DNA from: a virus
Direction: 5' to 3' (one strand)
IMG/VR virus record: IMGVR_UViG_3300020220_003261
Length of the DNA: 64,000 nucleotides
Below the pieces are notes generated by a model that was not told the origin of the DNA, searched no databases, and saw only the letters and a program-made list of their open reading frames with translations. A program made the translations under genes and the position numbers. Shown in pieces: positions 30,185 through 38,071 of the stretch (positions are counted from its first letter, which is position 1; each line of letters starts with the position of its first letter).

Positions 30185-31633
30185 ATGAAATCAGTATTAA
30201 TAGCAACAGATTTAATAAAAACAACTTCAGGAGAAATTAAGGTACTCGAAACCAATACTAATGTAAAAATAGGTCAACCTTTTGGTACTAACACACATTA
30301 CATGGATGGTATCATACCATTTATACAGAATGGTGGTTTTCAAACAGTTCATTGTATTTTGCCAAGAAGTTCACATTATTTTAGTGATGAATTAAATAGG
30401 GTTTGTAATTCTTTAAACATACCACTAACCATACACTTTACTACACCTGACGCCATTACAGTTCCTTTTATTGAGGATTCAGATGATGTGTTAATCATAA
30501 GATTAACATACGATACAACAGCAATAATCGATGATGATTATTGTAGAGATAAATTCGCATTACAGAAAATAATTAATACTAAATCTTATGGTTCAAAAAC
30601 ATATATACCAAATGTTTTAGATGATTTTGATGGTATTGAAGATTTTATATTCAATGAGAACGCTCCAAATTTTATAATTAAAAAACGTTTTCCAAACTAC
30701 AATAAAGAAGTGTGGCCAAAATTGTATAAAATTGAAAATTTAAACCAATTAAACACATTAAAATCAGAAATCGAATCTGATTGTTATTTACAGGAATTCC
30801 ATAATTCCGAATTGATTGATGGAAAAAGATGTATTATCAGAACTCTCGATTTATTATATGGTTCAAATTTAGATGTTTTGAATATTTGTAGTTTTTATAG
30901 AACATCAGAATTGGCCGAGGGCTATTGGCCGAATACGTTTGATGAAAATGGATTACTAGCCTTTAAAGACAGATTTAAATATTTATCTCACGCCTCACAT
31001 GAGGATTCATATATATCAGAATATGTTTACGATGTTGACCAAGAAGTTGTAATGGGTGATGGTAGTAAAAAAATGTTCGCACTTTTAGAAGTTGGAGACC
31101 AAGTAAAAGGAATTCACATTGAGGGATTGGATTTAGATGAATCATCATACGATTTAAAAACTTGGACTGGTAATTATTCTGATTTTATTCAAAATTACAA
31201 TTTAGTAACAACCGAAGTAAAATATACACACACTTCACCCCCAACAAACAAATTATTTTTAAGAGTTACTCTTAACGATGGTAATACACAATGGGATGAT
31301 TTGGGTATTTCTCGAATATTAATAAAGGATAACGATTTGATTAGATTTACATTATTTGAAAATTTAGAAGTGGGTGATGAAATTGTCACATATAATTTTG
31401 AAACTAATTCTGTAGAAATCAAATCAATTCAAACAATAGAAGTTGTTTATAAAGAAAATCAAATTTTAGGCGTTCTTGATGCAGAACCAACTGATTTATA
31501 TCTACCATTAGTTTCTGATAAAATAACAATTATACAACATAACCTGTGTAAAGCTCTATGTAGAAGTACTCAATGTGCTAATGCGACACAATGCGGTGAC
31601 TGCACTACATTTCAATGTTTAAACCAAAAATAA
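30185..31633 (+). CDS. Circularly permuted ATP-grasp + Hint domain + C-terminal six-Cys peptide
   Basis: N-terminal D-x11-ETN metal motif, IIKKRFP, YLQEF; Hint V.MGDGSKK..LEVGD.V ... LEVGDEI ... IIQHN; tail LCKALCRSTQCANATQCGDCTTFQCLNQK. Confidence 0.7.
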   Translation: MKSVLIATDLIKTTSGEIKVLETNTNVKIGQPFGTNTHYMDGIIPFIQNGGFQTVHCILPRSSHYFSDELNRVCNSLNIPLTIHFTTPDAITVPFIEDSDDVLIIRLTYDTTAIIDDDYCRDKFALQKIINTKSYGSKTYIPNVLDDFDGIEDFIFNENAPNFIIKKRFPNYNKEVWPKLYKIENLNQLNTLKSEIESDCYLQEFHNSELIDGKRCIIRTLDLLYGSNLDVLNICSFYRTSELAEGYWPNTFDENGLLAFKDRFKYLSHASHEDSYISEYVYDVDQEVVMGDGSKKMFALLEVGDQVKGIHIEGLDLDESSYDLKTWTGNYSDFIQNYNLVTTEVKYTHTSPPTNKLFLRVTLNDGNTQWDDLGISRILIKDNDLIRFTLFENLEVGDEIVTYNFETNSVEIKSIQTIEVVYKENQILGVLDAEPTDLYLPLVSDKITIIQHNLCKALCRSTQCANATQCGDCTTFQCLNQK

Positions 31634-31656
31634 ATTACTTATAAAATAATTAGAAT

Positions 31657-31767
31657 ATGTTAATAAAAATTATATTTCAGCCAACAGAAGAGTCTACGAA
31701 ACTAAATTTGGATACCGTGATAAAGGATGTTGCCTCCACTATTAAGACAGACATTCAAAACGGTTAA
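31657..31767 (+). CDS. Small 36-aa protein (MLIKIIFQPTEESTKLNLDTVIKDVASTIKTDIQNG); not in ORF track
   Basis: Open frame fills the gap between two genes; TACTTATA motif at 31636..31643 upstream. Confidence 0.55.
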   Translation: MLIKIIFQPTEESTKLNLDTVIKDVASTIKTDIQNG

Positions 31768-31773
31768 AATACT

Positions 31774-32067
31774 ATGGGATTAGATATTAAAGAAATAACT
31801 AAAGCTTGGTTTGATTCTTATTTTGCAAAAGAAGAACAAAAAGCTTTAGCAAAAAAAAGATTTGAAATATGTAAAAATTGTCCATCTTTAAAGAATAAGT
31901 TTCAAATACTTTGGCCAAAAATGGAAATAACAGTTTGTGGTGAATGTGGATGTCCAATAAAAAAAAAGATTTTTTCATCTAACTTTAATGCGTGTCCATT
32001 AAAAAAATGGAAGGAGGTGGATATGGAAAATATGAAACTATTTGAAAAAAATAAAACTTTAATATAA
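31774..32067 (+). CDS. DUF6171-like Cys-rich (metal-binding) protein
   Basis: R..ICKNCP..CGECGCP..CPLKKW; ends NKTLI. Confidence 0.6.
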   Translation: MGLDIKEITKAWFDSYFAKEEQKALAKKRFEICKNCPSLKNKFQILWPKMEITVCGECGCPIKKKIFSSNFNACPLKKWKEVDMENMKLFEKNKTLI

Positions 32068-32124
32068 ATTACTTAAAAGTGTGATTTACTAAAAAATTTA
32101 TAGTAAAGGAATAAATTAATTAAT

Positions 32125-32724
32125 GTGAATTATCCTTTTTATCAAGAAGTTATTTTTACGGGAGAAGAATGTAAAAAAATAATAGAATATTCTAAAAAAT
32201 ATCCGGCACTCGCTGAAAAGAGAAAATTAGAACCAAAAATAGATTTGACCACAGGTAGAGTAGAACAATTGTTCCAATCTAACGATGGTGATAAGAAAGG
32301 AAAGGCTTTCTTCGTTTATGATATTGTTAGAGATGAGACTACTGAATGGGTTTTTAAAAAACTATTAAATTGGTTTCAAATGGTTTCGGATATTAAATTA
32401 AAAGAAACGCCCGTAGTAAATGGTATGACTCTACTTAATTATAGAGTTGGTGATTTTTTTATGAAACATACGGATATATATGAAAATTTTGAGTGGAGAA
32501 GATGGACATTAAACATTCAATTAGGTAATCAATATAAAGGGGGTGATTATGTTTTGTATTTAGATGACAAAGAAGTTATCTTAAATAAAGATACGGGAAA
32601 CGCAATTGCATATTGGGCCGGTACTGAACACGAAATAAAAGAAATAGAAGAAGGAGAAAGGTGGTCTATTGTTTGTACTATTACTAAGTATATGATTGTT
32701 GAAAAAGAAAAGAAGTTATTTTAA
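32125..32724 (+). CDS. 2OG-Fe(II) oxygenase
   Basis: KHTD, YKGGDY, HEIKEIEEGERWS; GTG start; ends EKKLF. Confidence 0.85.
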   Translation: MNYPFYQEVIFTGEECKKIIEYSKKYPALAEKRKLEPKIDLTTGRVEQLFQSNDGDKKGKAFFVYDIVRDETTEWVFKKLLNWFQMVSDIKLKETPVVNGMTLLNYRVGDFFMKHTDIYENFEWRRWTLNIQLGNQYKGGDYVLYLDDKEVILNKDTGNAIAYWAGTEHEIKEIEEGERWSIVCTITKYMIVEKEKKLF

Positions 32725-32725
32725 A

Positions 32726-33418
32726 ATGTCCCTATTAATAAATGATGAGTTAATATGGGTATCAATACCGAAAAATGCGAGTCATTCGATTGAAAATTCA
32801 CTTTATTTATCTAATCTTAAAATTGAAAACTTTGATTCCAAACTTAATAATTTAAATCCATCTAATCCAAAATTTTTGCATAAACACCATAAGTTAGATG
32901 ATATGTGTAAATATTGGAAAAACAAAAAATCAATTTGTGTAAAAAGAGACTTTGTGGATAGATGGATTTCCGCATTATCGTACACTTGGGACCAATTTAA
33001 AAAAAAAGAATTATCTCCGATTATTGAGTATGAGGATATAGACAATAATTTTATTTATAAAACCTTTGATAAAAAATTTTCAGATATTTTATATGGTCAT
33101 GATGGTAGAGTTGAAATTATAAAATATCTAATTAAAGATAAATTAAACGAAGATAGTTTATTTGAAAATAGAATAAGCGTATTTTTTTCACAAAATTATT
33201 GGCTTGGATTAAGTAAAAATTGTGATTATGAATTCAATATAAATGAGTTAGATAAGTTGGTTGATTTTATTGAAAACAAATATGGGGAAAAATTATTGTT
33301 AAATAAATTTAACGTATCAAAAAAACAAAGGAATAAAATAATAATAAATAACGAGTTTAAAAACCACATATGGGAGATTTTTGAAAAACCATTTGTAAAA
33401 ACGAAAAAAATTTTGTAA
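32726..33418 (+). CDS. Sulfotransferase family 2-like protein
   Basis: WVSIPKNASHS (5'-PSB-like) and KRDFVDRWISA (3'-PB-like). ATG 32726 preferred; ends TKKIL. Confidence 0.6.
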   Translation: MSLLINDELIWVSIPKNASHSIENSLYLSNLKIENFDSKLNNLNPSNPKFLHKHHKLDDMCKYWKNKKSICVKRDFVDRWISALSYTWDQFKKKELSPIIEYEDIDNNFIYKTFDKKFSDILYGHDGRVEIIKYLIKDKLNEDSLFENRISVFFSQNYWLGLSKNCDYEFNINELDKLVDFIENKYGEKLLLNKFNVSKKQRNKIIINNEFKNHIWEIFEKPFVKTKKIL

Positions 33419-33423
33419 ATAAG

Positions 33424-34041
33424 ATGCACGGTAAAGAAAAAATAAAGATTTCTAAAGATGAGATAAAAATTATTAATAGTAATTTGCCAACAAATACTAT
33501 AATGCATTCGGGTGAAAAACATTTAATGGCTAGACTTGCGGACATTGCAACAAAAAATGGCGGTGATATTTTAGAAATTGGTTTTGGTTTACACCTATCC
33601 GCCGATGCTGTTCAGAGTAATCCAAATGTAAAATCACATACTATCATTGAAATACATCCTGAAATATATAAATCGGCATTAACTTGGGCAAAAGATAAAC
33701 CAAATGTTAATATTATTTTAGGTGATTGGATTAAAATTTTACCAATATTAGGGGGAAAATTTGATGGTATAATTCACGATACTCATATAGATAGAAACAT
33801 TCCATTTTTTTTGGATTATGTTAAAAATAATTGTAAAAAGGGTGCCATTGTCGCTTTTTTTGAGTATATGTTATTTGATACAAGATTTAATGGAGTTAGA
33901 TATAAATTGAACAAAGAAGACTACGATTCTTTACCTTACAGAAATAATCAATGTTTTTTTAATTACGAATACGAATTAAAATATACAACATTTAATGGTA
34001 TTGATTTTTATTCAGATAGAAAAGTTGACAAATTAATTTAA
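33424..34041 (+). CDS. GAMT/RMT2-like class I methyltransferase
   Basis: GGDILEIGFG..SADAVQ, HTIIEIHP, GDW, FDGIIHDT; ends DKLI. Confidence 0.75.
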   Translation: MHGKEKIKISKDEIKIINSNLPTNTIMHSGEKHLMARLADIATKNGGDILEIGFGLHLSADAVQSNPNVKSHTIIEIHPEIYKSALTWAKDKPNVNIILGDWIKILPILGGKFDGIIHDTHIDRNIPFFLDYVKNNCKKGAIVAFFEYMLFDTRFNGVRYKLNKEDYDSLPYRNNQCFFNYEYELKYTTFNGIDFYSDRKVDKLI

Positions 34042-34043
34042 AA

Positions 34044-35090
34044 ATGATTGATTTAAAGAATTATATATGTAGAGTACCTTTTGATTCATTAGAAATACAT
34101 AATAATGTTTGTTTTGTCTGCTGTCCTTCTTGGTTACCAAATAGAGTAGAACTAAATAAAATTCCATTAAGAGATGTTTATAATAGTAAACCAATAATTG
34201 ATATTCGAAAATCAATTTTGGATGGTACATTTAAATACTGTGATAAAGAAATGTGTCCTCATTTGAGTAAAGTAATAAAATATGATATTCCTGCAGGCCC
34301 GATTATTAAAAAAAATAGTGTAGAAAAATTTGATTTAATAATAAAAAATAATACACCAGATAATGTGGTAATGAACTTTGATAGAACATGTAATTATAAA
34401 TGCCCTTCGTGTAGAATAAATTTAATTGTTGAGGATAGTAATGGAATTAAAAGAATTGAAAAAACAATAGAAGAAATTGATACTTACTATTCTGCAAATG
34501 TAAAAACATTGTATATTACAGGTACAGGCGACCCATTTGTATCAGTAGGGTTTAGAAATTATTTAAGAAATTTTAACACTAAAAAATATCCAAAATTACA
34601 ATCAATACATTTACATACAAACGCATCAATGTGGAATCAAGAAATGTGGGAATCAATGCCAAACGTACACAAATATGTAAAAACGTGTGAAATTAGTATT
34701 GATGCCGGAACAAAGGATACTTATGAAAATAAAACTAGATTGGGTGGTAATTGGGAAAATTTACTAAATAACTTAAAGTTTATATCTACGATACCAACAT
34801 TGTATAGAGTTAAAACATCATTTGTGGTACAAGATTCCAATTATATGGAAATGGAAACATTTTATAATTTAATGTATTCTATATTTGGTGAAAAAGTAAA
34901 TGTATTTTTTGGTAAAATAACAAATTGGGGAACATATTCTGAAGGTGAGTTTAAATTAAAGCAAGTTTGGAATTTTGAACATCCGGAACATATGTTATTT
35001 AAAAAAGAATTTAATAAGATATGGAGGAACCAACGACTTTTTCATAATTTATATGAGTTCATTGATAATACAAATAAAACGTTAATATAA
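34044..35090 (+). CDS. Radical SAM enzyme with N-terminal Cys cluster
   Basis: YIC..PF..CCPSWL..C..CP, RTCNYKCPSC, ITGTGDPF; ends NKTLI. Confidence 0.85.
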   Translation: MIDLKNYICRVPFDSLEIHNNVCFVCCPSWLPNRVELNKIPLRDVYNSKPIIDIRKSILDGTFKYCDKEMCPHLSKVIKYDIPAGPIIKKNSVEKFDLIIKNNTPDNVVMNFDRTCNYKCPSCRINLIVEDSNGIKRIEKTIEEIDTYYSANVKTLYITGTGDPFVSVGFRNYLRNFNTKKYPKLQSIHLHTNASMWNQEMWESMPNVHKYVKTCEISIDAGTKDTYENKTRLGGNWENLLNNLKFISTIPTLYRVKTSFVVQDSNYMEMETFYNLMYSIFGEKVNVFFGKITNWGTYSEGEFKLKQVWNFEHPEHMLFKKEFNKIWRNQRLFHNLYEFIDNTNKTLI

Positions 35091-35587
35091 TGAAGATTTT
35101 ATTAATAACCCTACCCAGAACAGGATCCACTTCATTATTAAAAAATTTATCAGAACAATATAATTTAAATGCAATAAGTGAACCATTCAACCCATCTACT
35201 AAAAATTTAGAACAATATAAAAATTTTGATTGGAATACTACAAATGAAATATGTGTTAAAACCCATATAAATCACAAAGACATATCATTCTATACAGATT
35301 TTGTAAAACTATTTGATAAAGTAATTTTAGTATCTAGAAAGGATTTAAAGTTGTGTGCTGAGAGTTTGGCATATGCAAATCATTTTGGAAATTTTAGTGA
35401 AAAATACAAATGGATTAATACACCTAATTTAACACATAATGTAAAATTAGTAAAAAAATTTGACGCAGATTTAAAAAAATTATCAGAACTAATTAATATT
35501 GATATATTATACTATGAAGATTTGTTTGATATAAATTCTGAAAATAAATTAAGAAAAAATGTTGTTAAAAGAAAAAATCTTATTTAG
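35090..35587 (+). CDS. Sulfotransferase-like P-loop protein
   Basis: LPRTGSTSL, EPFN, R.DL...AES, YYEDLF; ends KNLI. Confidence 0.65.
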   Translation: MKILLITLPRTGSTSLLKNLSEQYNLNAISEPFNPSTKNLEQYKNFDWNTTNEICVKTHINHKDISFYTDFVKLFDKVILVSRKDLKLCAESLAYANHFGNFSEKYKWINTPNLTHNVKLVKKFDADLKKLSELINIDILYYEDLFDINSENKLRKNVVKRKNLI

Positions 35588-36077
35588 TAAAAAAGAGTGT
35601 GAATATATTATTGAGTTATCTAAAAATTTACCAAATACTAAACCATACACTAGTAAAAGTGACCAATTTAAAGTTTCTTATGATGCTTGGAAATTAATTT
35701 TAGATAATAATTCTCAATGGATTTTTGATAAAATCACTCAATACTTTACATATGCAACTAATCTAAAAATAAAAAAAGAATTAAGTACGTTATATATCCA
35801 CAAATATAATGTAGGTCAACAATTTGAAAAGCATAACGATACGCAATATAAAACTCAAATACACAATGTAGGTGTATGTTTAAATGATGATTATGTAGGT
35901 GGTGATTTTATCTTATATAATCCAAAGGAAATACTACCGAAAAGACAAGGTGAAATATACACATTTCCTAGTAGTAGATTTCATGAGGTTGAACAAATAG
36001 TAAAGGGTGAACGATGGAGTATAATTGGATTTATACATATAGAAAATATTTATTTATCTAATAAAACTTTAATATGA
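35559..36077 (+). CDS. 2OG-Fe(II) oxygenase
   Basis: KHND, LNDDYVGGDF, HEVEQIVKGERWS; ends NKTLI. Confidence 0.85.
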   Translation: MLLKEKILFSKKECEYIIELSKNLPNTKPYTSKSDQFKVSYDAWKLILDNNSQWIFDKITQYFTYATNLKIKKELSTLYIHKYNVGQQFEKHNDTQYKTQIHNVGVCLNDDYVGGDFILYNPKEILPKRQGEIYTFPSSRFHEVEQIVKGERWSIIGFIHIENIYLSNKTLI

Positions 36078-36631
36078 AAATCGCAATAACCGGTCACAGC
36101 GATGGCGTTGGTAAAAGTATTTATGAAAAACTTTTGAAAGAGTTTAGTGTAATTGGACTAAGTAGGACTAATGGATATGATATTAAAAACGTTGACGAAA
36201 TATTGAAACAAGTAGAAGAGTGTGATGTTTTTATTAATAACGCTTTCCAACAAAACTACCAAACGTTATTATTTGAAAAACTTTTTTACAGATGGAAATA
36301 TACCACAAAGTTAATTATTAATATGAACAGTAGTTGTGTATACGAGTCGTCAGACTGGAATCCGACATATGCGAATATTAAAAAGGATTTTAAAGAAGTT
36401 TCTATGAATATCATAAGAAGCAATATTGATAAGAAAGTTAGGATAACTAATTTGTATCCATCAACACTATCTTCTCACACAAGATTTGAAAAATTAAATA
36501 AAATTGATATTAACTATATTTCAGACGTTATTCTTTGGTTAGTGTCTCAACCTAAAGAGGTCGAAATAAGAGAAATGAGTATTTATAGTACAACTTTGGA
36601 GAAAGAATTTAAAATAGATAAGTTAATGTGA
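36074..36631 (+). CDS. Short-chain dehydrogenase/reductase
   Basis: IAITGHSDGVG, FINNA, YANIK; ends DKLM. Confidence 0.8.
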   Translation: MKIAITGHSDGVGKSIYEKLLKEFSVIGLSRTNGYDIKNVDEILKQVEECDVFINNAFQQNYQTLLFEKLFYRWKYTTKLIINMNSSCVYESSDWNPTYANIKKDFKEVSMNIIRSNIDKKVRITNLYPSTLSSHTRFEKLNKIDINYISDVILWLVSQPKEVEIREMSIYSTTLEKEFKIDKLM

Positions 36632-37167
36632 ATGTTTGTATAGTTTGTTATAGTAGAGTCGGTGGTACATCTTTTGGAAAATGGTTAAGTTTAGAATTAA
36701 ACTACACTTATATACAGGAACCATTTAATCAAAATCATAACGAATTATATAAAAACACAGATTATTCCGAAAATAAATTTGTTATAAAATTAGAACCTGA
36801 ACAAGTTGAATTAATTAAAACAGATAAAAAAACGATTGGATTAATAAGAGAAAACACAATGGATTGTGCAATAAGTTTACTACATTGTTTAGAAAGTGGT
36901 AAATGGCACAGAGAATATAGTGTAAATCAAAATTAGATTGATTACAACAAAAAAAGGTTAGAAGAAATAGAACTACAAATAAAAAATCAGAACACTAATA
37001 TTAAAAAAATGAATACGGATATTTTAGTAACATATGAAGGTATATATAATACACGTTCAGATATACTAAAACTAAAAGAATTTTTTAATATTAAAAATTT
37101 TTCATATATTTCTACATATTTAAACCCAAAAATACGTTATAGAAATGGTAATAAAATAATAATATAA
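36628..37167 (+). pseudogene. Sulfotransferase-like gene interrupted by an in-frame TAG at 36934..36936
   Basis: YSRVGGTSF, EPFN; the frame stays open for 76 more codons (DILVTYEGIY...NKIII) to TAA 37167. Confidence 0.7.
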
Positions 37168-37189
37168 ATTTGGAGCGATTCTCATTACT

Positions 37190-37218
37190 TTGGTTCTTGC
37201 AAAAAGAAAATATAAAAT
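37190..37218 (+). promoter_or_regulatory. sigma70-like promoter TTGGTT-17-TAAAAT
   Basis: Intergenic; 19 nt before ATG 37238. Confidence 0.35.
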
Positions 37219-37237
37219 TTAAAACAAATAAACTATT

Positions 37238-38035
37238 ATGAATCCTTTACAATATTGGAAACCAGAAGGATTCGAAATTTCATCTTACAAATATTCATTA
37301 AGAGAAAGAGTAAATCAAACATATACAACTTCGGGTGGAGATAATACAAATTTATGTACTTACACATATAATGAATTGGGATTTAGAGGTGATAGTATAA
37401 AAAAAGAAGGTTTCAAAGTAATGTCATTAGGATGTTCAATCACAGAAGGGGTTGGGGTAAATGATGACGAGACCTGGCCCGCGCAATTTTGTAACCATAT
37501 TGAAAACGGGGTAAATTTAAATTTTGGAACCGGAGGAAGAAGTAACGATTTTATTTGCAGATGTTTAATAAGTTATTATGATTTAATACAACCTGATTTA
37601 GTTTTAATTATGTATACATTTCCGCATAGAAGAGAAGTTTATACAGAAGATAACGGAATAGAACCATATGTACCAACAAAAGTTTGGGGAAAATTATTAG
37701 AAACTAAAGAGGGACAAATTATACAAAATAGTATGGATGTTTTACAAAACGATAACTCTGATTTTATAAACTGGTATAAAAATCATATTCTAATTAAGTA
37801 CTTTTTAGAAAGTAAAAAATGTAATTGGTTGTGGAATGGGAAAAACTTAAATATCAATTACAATGAATTCAATAGATTTGATGGGGAAAAATCATTTTTA
37901 GATAAGGGAAGTGACGATAAGCACCCTGGTCCAAAAACACATAATAGAGATGCAAATTTATTATACGATTATATTAGAATGAAATTTCCAAACTATATTC
38001 CAAAAAACGAACATGCCTTTCTTAAAATAATTTAG
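37238..38035 (+). CDS. SGNH-family protein (GCS variant)
   Basis: YTYNELGFRG, SLGCSITEGVG, NFGTGGRSND, DKHPG; ends LKII. Confidence 0.7.
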   Translation: MNPLQYWKPEGFEISSYKYSLRERVNQTYTTSGGDNTNLCTYTYNELGFRGDSIKKEGFKVMSLGCSITEGVGVNDDETWPAQFCNHIENGVNLNFGTGGRSNDFICRCLISYYDLIQPDLVLIMYTFPHRREVYTEDNGIEPYVPTKVWGKLLETKEGQIIQNSMDVLQNDNSDFINWYKNHILIKYFLESKKCNWLWNGKNLNINYNEFNRFDGEKSFLDKGSDDKHPGPKTHNRDANLLYDYIRMKFPNYIPKNEHAFLKII

Positions 38036-38064
38036 TTGGTTTTTCCCTATTTTTTTCGTATATT
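38036..38064 (+). promoter_or_regulatory. sigma70-like promoter TTGGTT-17-TATATT, 7 nt before ATG 38072
   Basis: Read directly; mirrors the 29610 promoter, including ttttcg just before the -10 box. Confidence 0.55.
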
Positions 38065-38071
38065 TTATACG

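Noticed and set aside
31025-31543. Conventional splicing intein or mobile element
   Set aside because: No N-terminal Cys/Ser, no TxxH, no homing endonuclease, and the +1 residue is Leu.
36934-36936. Alternative genetic code (TAG reassigned)
   Set aside because: TAG ends several genes cleanly (14342, 17824, 35587, 38035, 61630), and no other gene appears fragmented.
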